Source of the DNA: a virus | Lineage: Duplodnaviria > Caudoviricetes | Length of the DNA stretch: 43,824 bases | Virus record (IMG/VR): IMGVR_UViG_3300005254_000009 | Span: 1-43,824 of that record | Strand: one strand, 5' to 3' | Shown here: positions 1 to 7,892 of the stretch, piece by piece | Position numbering within the stretch: position 1 is the stretch's first letter | How the letters are laid out: each line of letters starts with the position of its first letter | Notes under the pieces: model-generated | Database searches by the model: none | Told to the model about the DNA's origin: nothing | Seen by the model: only the letters and a program-made list of their open reading frames with translations | Position numbers and translations under genes: made by a program

Positions 1-72
1 CGGCTTTCAAGCTCTACCATAGCCCAGCTTTGTTGATAAGGTAATGAAAAAGTCGTTTGATTTTCGGATTCC

Positions 73-207
73 TTACAGCTCCTCCGTATTCCTCCACATC
101 CATATCACCCTGCCGACGCACAGATCGAGCCAGTCAAGGCCCGTCACCTTTGGCGGCACTTCCTCGGCGGATTCCCGAATGATGATGACCTGTTGTTTAT
201 TTGACAT
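73..207 (-). CDS. 44-aa ORF or remnant homologous to the C-terminus of the cI repressor
   Basis: Manual translation MSNKQQVIIIRESAEEVPPKVTGLDWLDLCVGRVIWMWRNTEEL*. The last 28 aa match the cI end YPPVITTSEWPDLCIGRVIWMWRNVENL at 18/28 positions. Not in the ORF track (too short). Confidence 0.6.
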   Translation of the reverse strand: MSNKQQVIIIRESAEEVPPKVTGLDWLDLCVGRVIWMWRNTEEL

Positions 208-814
208 CGCGATACTTTTTTCCTTCAAGCCAAACGACCAGATCAGAATCTCTGTGTGAATCCAGCGTATAATATGTGTATTCGCCGGCAGCCTTTGACC
301 ACATGTATTCGCACCGGGTAAATCTTAATTGGTGAAACATGGCAGAGGCGCTTTCTTGCGTTTTTTTAATATTGCGGTTAGCTGCAAAGATCCATCCCGT
401 AAATCTAATAGTTCTATAACCGTTTCCAATAGTTTTTACGGTCACATTATGTTCCCATAATTCTTTTCTAAGAGCTGGGCCGTATTTATCTCTTAGGATT
501 GGAAATGCTTTTTTTTGAATTGATCTCACACTATCTTTGTATTTTTTGAGAAGAACTTTTTCGTTACTGTCTAAACTATATCTTTTCTCGTCTCCAGCGA
601 GCTCGGCATAGACGTTAAAAAGAGCCAAACATATTATTATAGTATCTTTATTTGCTGTATATTTATTAACATTAAAGTTACTTAAGCCTTTCAGCTCTAT
701 TTGAATTCTCTCTATGTATTTTTCTTTTGTGAGGAATTCTTTTGTTGCGCCTGGTGTTCCAGTAGTGGACAGAATTAGAAAAGAAATCAATATAGAAACT
801 ATTGTTTTTTTCAT
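197..814 (-). CDS. Accessory (moron) exported or membrane-anchored hypothetical protein downstream of cI
   Basis: 205 aa; N-terminal MKK plus hydrophobic signal-like segment; SD (GGAGG) overlapping the cI stop; visibly AT-rich versus the rest of the phage. Confidence 0.8.
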   Translation of the reverse strand: MKKTIVSILISFLILSTTGTPGATKEFLTKEKYIERIQIELKGLSNFNVNKYTANKDTIIICLALFNVYAELAGDEKRYSLDSNEKVLLKKYKDSVRSIQKKAFPILRDKYGPALRKELWEHNVTVKTIGNGYRTIRFTGWIFAANRNIKKTQESASAMFHQLRFTRCEYMWSKAAGEYTYYTLDSHRDSDLVVWLEGKKYRDVK

Positions 815-826
815 CCGACACGCCTC

Positions 827-1585
827 CTAAAGATTCTCTACGTTCCGCCACATCCAAATCACCCGGCCGATACACAGATCCGGCCACTCAGATGTTGTTA
901 TTACTGGTGGATATTTTGGATTATCCGAAAACAAAATATATCCTTTTTCCCATCGCTGCACTCTTTTGACGGCAGCCAACAGTTCTCCATTTGCATCTGG
1001 GTCAAGGACGCAGAAAATCTTTCCCTTGATGTATTCCCGATCATTCGTGTCGATTACAACGATTGAATTCTTCGGGATAGACGGATCCATGGAATCGCCG
1101 CCGACCTTTGACGCCACCAGCTTATGCTTATCCCTGCCATGGAGTTCAGGACGATAAACAATGACCTCGCTGTCTGGCTTTTCGTATTCGCTGAAATAGA
1201 GGCCGTTCGATCCGGCGGCGAGGCGCCCGGATTCGTAAAGAGGGATGCCGCGGTAAGTCTCCTTGGCGCTTTCGAGGATTTCTCTGTCGTAGGTGTTGTT
1301 GACTACGATTTGGAAAGGGCGGGGTTGGGGTTCTGGTCTTGGCTCGCCTGTTAGAAGCTCTCTGCCATATTCGAGATAGCTTTTATAGTCATAACCAAAT
1401 GCCTTAGCTATCCGTTTTTGCAGATCTTCATTCGCGCCCTTTCTTCCAGAATTGATATTGCTCACATAGGCTTCGGAAACTCCGAGCGTCAACGCCAAAA
1501 CCTTTTTGGCGCCCCACTCCTTCAAGCACTCTTTCATGGCGGCCATAAAAAAAGCATTTAATTCCGAAGGTGTATGCATAATCAC
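827..1585 (-). CDS. cI: CI-like repressor (XRE HTH + S24 peptidase); start may be ATG at 1579
   Basis: HTH LALTLGVSEAYVSNINSG; LAAG cleavage-site-like motif; GDSM catalytic Ser; VKR catalytic Lys; SDNPKY and IGRVIW S24 motifs; divergent from cro. Confidence 0.92.
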   Translation of the reverse strand: MIMHTPSELNAFFMAAMKECLKEWGAKKVLALTLGVSEAYVSNINSGRKGANEDLQKRIAKAFGYDYKSYLEYGRELLTGEPRPEPQPRPFQIVVNNTYDREILESAKETYRGIPLYESGRLAAGSNGLYFSEYEKPDSEVIVYRPELHGRDKHKLVASKVGGDSMDPSIPKNSIVVIDTNDREYIKGKIFCVLDPDANGELLAAVKRVQRWEKGYILFSDNPKYPPVITTSEWPDLCIGRVIWMWRNVENL

Positions 1586-1590
1586 GGATA

Positions 1591-1676
1591 TTAACCTATT
1601 GGCTAAGTGGCGTCACCTGAAAAAATATTCCTATATGGTTAAGATTATTGTTGACAAATCTTTTCCGATTGGTAAA
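1591..1676. promoter_or_regulatory. Three operator-like imperfect palindromes and a rightward promoter in the cI-cro intergenic switch
   Basis: TTAACCTATTGGCTAA (1591-1606), ATTCCTATATGGTTAA (1627-1642), TTTTCCGATTGGTAAA (1661-1676). Perfect -35 TTGACA at 1651-1656 with an AT-rich -10 region near 1673-1682. Confidence 0.7.
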
Positions 1677-1686
1677 TATTGTCGTT

Positions 1687-1899
1687 ATGATGAAACAAAT
1701 CGAAATAGCCAACGCGGCAGGGGTTTCGGCTGCTTTTCTGTCGAATCTAATTGCGACGCGCAAACGACCGTCTTGGAAACGCGCAAAACAACTTGCCGAG
1801 ATTACAGGAACAGACCCCGTCCTCTGGCTCGAAGGATCAGCGGATGATATCCGGGCCGCCCTCAGTAAAACATCAATCGGTGCAAACGCGAAAGGGTAA
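1687..1899 (+). CDS. cro: Cro-like XRE HTH regulator
   Basis: MKQIEIANAAGVSAAFLSNLIATRKRPSWKRAKQLAEIT is a typical XRE HTH; divergent from cI. Confidence 0.85.
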   Translation: MMKQIEIANAAGVSAAFLSNLIATRKRPSWKRAKQLAEITGTDPVLWLEGSADDIRAALSKTSIGANAKG

Positions 1900-1903
1900 A
1901 GCG

Positions 1904-2368
1904 ATGACCGAATTGCCTCCCCTTAAAACATGGCAGTTTTACGCAGCATGCAGGAAGGTTCTGGGCATGACGACGCTGACAAAAATGTTCGGCAAATCCC
2001 AGACCCAGCTTTACCGCTGGGGACGGGACCCGGACTGTTGTGAAGATGTCGAACGAAATCCACTGGACAGGACCAACGCCCTCCTGGAGCGCCTGTGCGA
2101 GCTCGGGCGCGACGATATCGCCCAGGCCGCGGTTTCCATTCTGGCAAAGACTATCGATTGCGAGCTCGTCTGCATCAGGCCTGCATATCCCGACAAAACA
2201 TCGATCGAGGCTGAGTGCCTGGAAGATTACCCACCGTTGATCAGGCTTCACCAGGCCATCCTGTCAAACGAAGACCCCGAGACCGTCCGGCACCTTTGGC
2301 AATGCGCCAAACAAGAGTTGGATGAAACCTGGGAAATGTACCTGCGCAAAAAGTGTACCCGCGCCTGA
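1904..2368 (+). CDS. Phage regulatory CII-like protein
   Basis: Follows cro; HTH-like LTKMFGKSQTQLYRWG and RNPLDR motif; ATG at 1904 preferred over the 1751 track start. Confidence 0.6.
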   Translation: MTELPPLKTWQFYAACRKVLGMTTLTKMFGKSQTQLYRWGRDPDCCEDVERNPLDRTNALLERLCELGRDDIAQAAVSILAKTIDCELVCIRPAYPDKTSIEAECLEDYPPLIRLHQAILSNEDPETVRHLWQCAKQELDETWEMYLRKKCTRA

Positions 2369-2486
2369 CGGTACCATGCCCGACGGCGAAATAATAACCC
2401 TAAATCGAGGCGGGGCTTTGGTGTGGCAACCTTTCCCCGCCGGGAAGGGAATTTCATGAAAAACATGCGGATAACGGAGGTGCAGG

Positions 2487-3017
2487 ATGGCTGATTTCGA
2501 TGCGGCCCTGAAAAAAGTGATTCAAAACGAAGGGGGCTACGTCCTCCACAATGTAAGCGGTGACCCCGGCGGGATGACATACGCGGGCATCAGTCGGCGG
2601 TATCATCCATCGTGGCCCGGATGGGCAATCATCGACAGGGATGGCACCGCGCCGCCGCCACGGACCATGGTGGCCGAGTTTTACCGGGAGAAATTCTGGC
2701 GCCGGATCTGCGGGGACCTGATCCCGTGCAATGCAGTGGCCGAGTCGATCTTTGACTATGCCGTCAACGTCGATGTCCCCCGGGCGGTCAAAAGCGCTCA
2801 AGCGGTTGTCGGGGCAAAAATCGAAGGAGTTTTCGGTCCCAGGACCCTGGCGGCCGTCAAGGAGGCTGACCCAGGGCGGTTCCTGGACGCTTACGCCGTC
2901 CGGAAAATGCAATTCTATGCGTCCATCTGCACCAAGCATCCGGCACGGCGCAAATTTTTGCTTGGGTGGATCAACAGGACCATCAGGATGACGGCTGCGG
3001 AGGTGATCAATGGATAA
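2487..3017 (+). CDS. Glycoside hydrolase family 108 endolysin with C-terminal peptidoglycan-binding region
   Basis: EGGY...DPGGMTYAGI catalytic motif, FDYAVN, G(V)FGPRTLAA, FLLGWINR; SD GGAGG. Confidence 0.9.
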   Translation: MADFDAALKKVIQNEGGYVLHNVSGDPGGMTYAGISRRYHPSWPGWAIIDRDGTAPPPRTMVAEFYREKFWRRICGDLIPCNAVAESIFDYAVNVDVPRAVKSAQAVVGAKIEGVFGPRTLAAVKEADPGRFLDAYAVRKMQFYASICTKHPARRKFLLGWINRTIRMTAAEVING

Positions 3018-3186
3018 GAAAGATTCACTCACAAAGGCCCAGGCACGCCTTATTCAAGATGCGCTGCTTGAACATGACGGGCTTACGCTTTGCCCGGATA
3101 TGGATTGGGACCGAGCGCTTGAACTGACAGAAGCCCTGAATCGGCTAAGGATCGTTCTTCGAGAGATTGAGGAGGAGGCAACATGA
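3010..3186 (+). CDS. 58-aa hypothetical protein
   Basis: MDKKDSLTKAQARLIQDALL...EIEEEAT*; overlaps the lysin stop and the next ATG (ATGA); SD GGAGG. Confidence 0.6.
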   Translation: MDKKDSLTKAQARLIQDALLEHDGLTLCPDMDWDRALELTEALNRLRIVLREIEEEAT

Positions 3187-3425
3187 AAATCCCTTTTGCT
3201 GAAATACCGGAAGCACCAAACGTCGATGTAGTCTTTGAGTTTTTCGGAGAGAGTTGCGGCAGTGGAACCATAGCGCTGCGGTCAGAAGGAGGCGGCGCGT
3301 TCGTCGAGATCAAAAGCGAAGACGGTCTACGCCTCAATGCTGACGAAATCGTGACTTTGGGCGTGTGGGCCACTCAGGCTTGCATGGAGCTTGACGCTTA
3401 CAATCGAGAGGGCGCGATAGAATGA
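3183..3425 (+). CDS. Hypothetical protein
   Basis: 80 aa; SD GGAGGAGG; ATGA coupling at both ends. Confidence 0.7.
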   Translation: MKIPFAEIPEAPNVDVVFEFFGESCGSGTIALRSEGGGAFVEIKSEDGLRLNADEIVTLGVWATQACMELDAYNREGAIE

Positions 3426-4009
3426 GTAGCCAGGATTTTCCAATGGTCGTCAAACACGTCAAGACCGGGCGTGTTGCGGTGGCGACGAAATGCATGAAGA
3501 TTGGAAGTACAGACTATTACTACGTCGCAAGAATCGATGGGGACAAAGGCACCAACAGCAGCTGGACCGTCGAAGGATGTGTCCTGTGCGACGATGTTGT
3601 CCCAGCAGACCTCGGATACAAGCCCCCGCCAGAATTCAAGCCCATCTATGTCCGAAACACTTACACCGGTCGTGTGGGCTTAGCCACCAGTAAGGCGCTC
3701 CAGAACGGTCGGCATGCCTACGGTATTCTCGGGCCGGACGGCCGCCGAAACACGAAATGGTATGTCGAGAACTGCATCAAGATCAGTAAGCAGGAATACG
3801 ACGCAGCAGACAAGACCGTGAAGAGGCGAGCCTGGAACAAAAATATCAAATACAAGGCGAAAAAATCAGACTCGAGGAGAAGATGTAAGATCTGCAATAA
3901 GCCGATCACAAATAACAACTGGTGGTATTGCACCAAATGCAATGCCCTGCGACTTGCAGCAGCATCGCATCTTGAACTCGTACCGGCCAATAGCCAGGAC
4001 CCAAGATAG
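3422..4009 (+). CDS. Hypothetical protein with an internally duplicated beta domain and C-terminal CxxC-CxxC zinc finger
   Basis: Two copies of V[KR]xxxTGRVxxAT...W[TY]VExC, then CKIC...CTKC. Confidence 0.75.
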   Translation: MSSQDFPMVVKHVKTGRVAVATKCMKIGSTDYYYVARIDGDKGTNSSWTVEGCVLCDDVVPADLGYKPPPEFKPIYVRNTYTGRVGLATSKALQNGRHAYGILGPDGRRNTKWYVENCIKISKQEYDAADKTVKRRAWNKNIKYKAKKSDSRRRCKICNKPITNNNWWYCTKCNALRLAAASHLELVPANSQDPR

Positions 4010-4017
4010 GAGGCGGT

Positions 4018-4104
4018 ATGGAGATCATCAAAGGAATCATCGGCTGCATCCTCATCCTGGTGGAGATTTATCTGTTCTGGGGTCTCGCTGCAGCGCTGGG
4101 ATAA
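4018..4104 (+). CDS. 28-aa hydrophobic membrane peptide
   Basis: AGGAGG SD; MEIIKGIIGCILILVEIYLFWGLAAALG*. Confidence 0.6.
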   Translation: MEIIKGIIGCILILVEIYLFWGLAAALG

Positions 4105-4140
4105 CCGACTGACTAAAAAAAAATGAAAGGGTTGAGACAG

Positions 4141-4296
4141 ATGAACAAAGTCATGCGGGATGACAAAAGCAATGACGACTTTTTGGAGGTGTGGGAATCG
4201 GACGGAGGAAGCACGGTTGTTGCTCTGGCCGTGCTGAGCGCGTTCTTCTTAGTGGGTTTATGCGCCGGTTGGGGGGTTTCTGCGTATGTATTTTGA
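4141..4296 (+). CDS. 51-aa protein with a C-terminal transmembrane helix
   Basis: ...STVVALAVLSAFFLVGLCAGWGVSAYVF*; overlaps the mazG start. Confidence 0.5.
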   Translation: MNKVMRDDKSNDDFLEVWESDGGSTVVALAVLSAFFLVGLCAGWGVSAYVF

Positions 4297-4603
4297 CGAC
4301 TATCAGGCTGAGGCAATCAAGACGGATATTTTTGAGGATGATCGGGATTGTGTCCTCGGCTTCTGTTCCGAGGCCGGCGAGCTCGCAGAGAAGGTGTCCA
4401 AGGCCTATCGGGACGGAAGGGGACGGGATGAGCTGTGCTGCTCACAAGCGCTCGCTCACGAGATCGGCGACTGTCTTTGGTACTTGGCCGCAATCTGCGA
4501 GCGCTACGGGCTCAGCCTCGCCGGAGTTGCGGAAGGCAATATTGCGAAACTCAGAGACCGACACGCCAGGGGCGTGATTGGAGGATCGGGGGATAATCGA
4601 TGA
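4286..4603 (+). CDS. mazG: MazG-like NTP pyrophosphohydrolase
   Basis: GFCSEAGELAEKVSK, EIGDCLWYLA, NIAKLRDR...GSGDNR, the typical phage MazG-like signature. Confidence 0.9.
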   Translation: MYFDDYQAEAIKTDIFEDDRDCVLGFCSEAGELAEKVSKAYRDGRGRDELCCSQALAHEIGDCLWYLAAICERYGLSLAGVAEGNIAKLRDRHARGVIGGSGDNR

Positions 4604-4651
4604 CTGAAATCTTGGCCAAGCCGCTGAGGGGTCAAGCAGAAAGGAGATAGC

Positions 4652-5482
4652 ATGTCGGAAAGACCGATGATGTTCGCAGGAATGACGAACCAGGAATATC
4701 AGAAGCGGGCGGCGCTCAGCGTATCCGCAATCAAGGAACTGGCCAAAAGCCCGATGCATCTGCGGCACAAGCTCGATCATCCCCAGAAGCCAACTCCCGC
4801 GATGCAGATCGGGACGGCATTCCATGCAGCTGCTCTTGAGCCGGAATCTTTTTCGAATGTCGCCGTTGTGGCGCCTGACTGTGACCGCAGAACAAAGGAT
4901 GGAAAGGCGGTGTGGGCGGAGTTCGAACAGGAGGCCCAGGGGAAAATCCTGCTGAAGAAGCCCGAGTATGAGCAGATTGGGGAGATGGTCTTGGCTCTGA
5001 TGACCCACAAGGAAGCGTCAAAACTCATCCAAATGCAGGGCCTGACGGAGGTCTCGTGCTTCTGGACCGACCATCGGGGATTCAAATGCAAGTGCCGGCC
5101 GGACCGCGTGACCGAAAGCGGCATCGTCCTGGACCTCAAGACCACCGACGACGCCTCCCCGGAAGGGTTTGCACGGGCCTGCGGGCAGTACCGCTATCAC
5201 TGGCAGGCAGCTTGGTATCTCACGGGGCTGACGGTGGCCTCGGACTACAAGCACGACGATTTCCGGCTGATCGCGGTGGAGAAAAAGCCGCCCTACGGCG
5301 TCGGTGTTTACAGGGTACCGAGAATCTACACCGACATCGCCCATGAACAGATGGAGCCGTTCCTGGATACCTATCAGCGGTGCATTCTCGACAATTTCTG
5401 GCCCGGATACAGCGAGACAACTGAATCTCTTCAAATGCCCGTCTGGGCGCTTAAAACAGATGAATTCAAGGAGGTGGCGTGA
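4652..5482 (+). CDS. Exonuclease VIII/RecE-like PD-(D/E)XK nuclease (DUF3799-like)
   Basis: SVSAIK..SPMH, GTAFH, CKCRPD, DLKTT, YHWQAAWY, AVEKKPPY motifs. Confidence 0.88.
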   Translation: MSERPMMFAGMTNQEYQKRAALSVSAIKELAKSPMHLRHKLDHPQKPTPAMQIGTAFHAAALEPESFSNVAVVAPDCDRRTKDGKAVWAEFEQEAQGKILLKKPEYEQIGEMVLALMTHKEASKLIQMQGLTEVSCFWTDHRGFKCKCRPDRVTESGIVLDLKTTDDASPEGFARACGQYRYHWQAAWYLTGLTVASDYKHDDFRLIAVEKKPPYGVGVYRVPRIYTDIAHEQMEPFLDTYQRCILDNFWPGYSETTESLQMPVWALKTDEFKEVA

Positions 5483-7191
5483 TGGAAAGCAATGCTTTGG
5501 TCAAAAAAGATGATGCTTCAGTGGTGGCTCTATCACAATCCGATAGCCTGTTTTTCAACATTCAGAAGTTCGAACACGCGCAGCGTATCGCCAAGATGCT
5601 GGCGACATCAACGATGATGCCCGAACACTTTCGGGACAACATAGGAAACTGCATGATCCTGCTCAATTATGCCGACCGGATCGGCGCCGATATTTTCATG
5701 CTCGCCCAGGGGATGCACGTAGTCCACGGGAAACCGGGACTTGAGGGCAAGCTCATCATCGGCTTGATCAACGGCTCAGGCCGCTTCGAGCCGCTCGAAT
5801 TCGAGGAAATTGGGAACCTTTCCAAACCGGAAAATGACGATGATGGTTGCTCGGCATTCGCGAAGGAAATCCGATCTGGTAAGATTCTCAAGGGTCCACG
5901 AGTCGATTGGCGAACCGTCAAGTCCGAAGGGTGGTACGACAGGAAAGACCGACAGGGCAGGCTTTGTTCGAAGTGGCGGACCATGGCTCCGCTCATGTTC
6001 CGATACCGGGCGGCGTCATACTTCGGCCGCGTCTACTGCCCGGATGTTCTGTTGGGTATGCAGACGCGCGAGGAACTTGTCGATGTAGTCGAGATGGAAC
6101 GCGCCGGCGGGCGATATGTCCAGGCGGATGAACCACCGAAGCAGATCGAGAAGCCGGTCTATGTCGTGCATCAGGCAGCAGAAATCCGGCCGGAGAACGA
6201 GAGGCAAGTTGAGATCCCAAAGCAGGAAAAGACGATCGGAACAGCCTCAAACGAAGTCGAAAAACAGGAACCGAATCATAGCTCGGCCGGAGGCGGTAAC
6301 GATCCGGAAACGGCTGACGGCTGGCAGACAGGCGATATCGCCTATTACAAGCTGGGCCTGGGTATTGGGTGGAAGCAGCTGCGCATTATAGGCTACGAGG
6401 GTGATGATGCCGTTGTCGAGTTTGCCGAGGACTACGAACACAATGGCAAGCAAATGCGAGGGCAGATTTCGAAGAAACCTCTTGCCGATCTCCGAGATGC
6501 CGTTCCGCAGCCCCTGACCCGGGACGAGTTTATCAATCTCCGTTCCGGCTTCACGTCCGAATACCTGGAACAGATCCGAGAACGCATCGAGGAGACGAAA
6601 GATGCGAAGGTTATCGCGGACCTGATTTTAAAGGCGAAGAAGTTCTTCGGTGACGACTACAAGGTTCCGGGCTTACCACCGGCGCCGGACGAAACGCCCG
6701 TTGAAGATCCGGAGCAGGAACCGCAGGAAGCAGCAACCGCCGGTGAAGCGCGAATTGGCGACGATCCGGAACGAAAAGCTCTCAAGCGGATCAATGCCAT
6801 GATCGATGAGCGCGGCATGGACAGGCCTGGCGTCAAGAAGGCCATGCGCGGCTTTGTCCTCCACGTCAAGGGGGAGCAACCCATCAAACCTTTCGATGTC
6901 GACAGTACAACAGACATCCAGCTTCAGCACATCCAGTATTTCAACGACATGCTCGATAGCATCCAGCCCCAACACAATATCATGATGGCGATCAAGGATC
7001 GTTCAAAGCAAGTCAAAGGTTTCGAGGATTACGTCAAGGCCAAGATGCTTGAGTTTCCGAATCCTGTACGGGCCGATCACTGGTACTTGATCCCTCCGGG
7101 GGCCGTCAACCGGATCAATCTCAATGCCGATGATTGGGCTGCAGAACTGTTGGATGCACAGCGCGGAGAGGGCGGAGAAGAGAAGTTCTAA
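5482..7191 (+). CDS. RecT/Bet-like single-strand annealing protein with a long C-terminal extension
   Basis: First ~205 aa have annealase-like motifs (STMMPEHF..NIGNC, HGKP, KW...P.LMFRYRA...R..CPDVLLGM..REE); immediately follows the RecE-like gene. Confidence 0.75.
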   Translation: MESNALVKKDDASVVALSQSDSLFFNIQKFEHAQRIAKMLATSTMMPEHFRDNIGNCMILLNYADRIGADIFMLAQGMHVVHGKPGLEGKLIIGLINGSGRFEPLEFEEIGNLSKPENDDDGCSAFAKEIRSGKILKGPRVDWRTVKSEGWYDRKDRQGRLCSKWRTMAPLMFRYRAASYFGRVYCPDVLLGMQTREELVDVVEMERAGGRYVQADEPPKQIEKPVYVVHQAAEIRPENERQVEIPKQEKTIGTASNEVEKQEPNHSSAGGGNDPETADGWQTGDIAYYKLGLGIGWKQLRIIGYEGDDAVVEFAEDYEHNGKQMRGQISKKPLADLRDAVPQPLTRDEFINLRSGFTSEYLEQIRERIEETKDAKVIADLILKAKKFFGDDYKVPGLPPAPDETPVEDPEQEPQEAATAGEARIGDDPERKALKRINAMIDERGMDRPGVKKAMRGFVLHVKGEQPIKPFDVDSTTDIQLQHIQYFNDMLDSIQPQHNIMMAIKDRSKQVKGFEDYVKAKMLEFPNPVRADHWYLIPPGAVNRINLNADDWAAELLDAQRGEGGEEKF

Positions 7192-7268
7192 GACAACTGG
7201 CGGCGGAGTGGCTAAAGCGCTCTAGACCGCCAGAAAACAAAAATGAACAGATTAATATAGCATCCGAT

Positions 7269-7505
7269 ATGACACTTGTAAAAATATCCAAAGAGAATAT
7301 TCGCATGGCCAAAGAGACGCTCGACACTGATGTATCTCTCGCGGCAATAGGGCAAAAGTACGGCAAGAGCCGAGCGTGTGTATGGCAGAATCTCAAGCGC
7401 TTTTGTAAACACTTCATGCTCGAACACGAACGGCTTGATAATGGTGGTAACCTAAAAAATTTAAAGGGGTTACGGAAGGCTTGGCGATCATGGCAAATGG
7501 TCTGA
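7269..7505 (+). CDS. Small HTH protein (start uncertain)
   Basis: SLAAIGQKYGKSRACVWQNLKR HTH-like motif; fills the gap between neighbours. Confidence 0.55.
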   Translation: MTLVKISKENIRMAKETLDTDVSLAAIGQKYGKSRACVWQNLKRFCKHFMLEHERLDNGGNLKNLKGLRKAWRSWQMV

Positions 7506-7849
7506 AAACCGCAAAAAATCAGCAGAGCGAATCCGAGATCACCAAAGCGATCCGGGCCGTCTTGAAAACCTGCGGCTTCTATTCCTGGAAGCAATGGCAG
7601 GGACCGATGAGCCAGCCGAAGGGGGTCGCCGATATCCTCGGTATCCTGCCTGACGGCCGCATGTTTGCCATCGAAGTAAAACGCCCGGGATGGACGCCCC
7701 CGGGCCAAAACACCAAGGCGTTCAAGCACCATCAGAATCAACAGCGCTTCATCGACACGATCAACGCCAACGGCGGTGTCGCTTTCTTTGCGACGTCCAT
7801 CGATGACGTCATTGCGGGCCTCGGTATTCAGGACCGCTTTTTATTTTAA
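7490..7849 (+). CDS. VRR-NUC domain nuclease
   Basis: ESEI..AI, KGVADI, FAIEVKRP, QQRFI..INANGG.AF motifs. Confidence 0.88.
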   Translation: MANGLKTAKNQQSESEITKAIRAVLKTCGFYSWKQWQGPMSQPKGVADILGILPDGRMFAIEVKRPGWTPPGQNTKAFKHHQNQQRFIDTINANGGVAFFATSIDDVIAGLGIQDRFLF

Positions 7850-7892
7850 CAGCCATCAAACGGGGCAAGGCTACCCCAGCATAGGAAACACT

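Noticed and set aside
44-259. 71-aa plus-strand ORF
   Set aside because: Antisense to the cI-like fragment and the moron end; no coding features.
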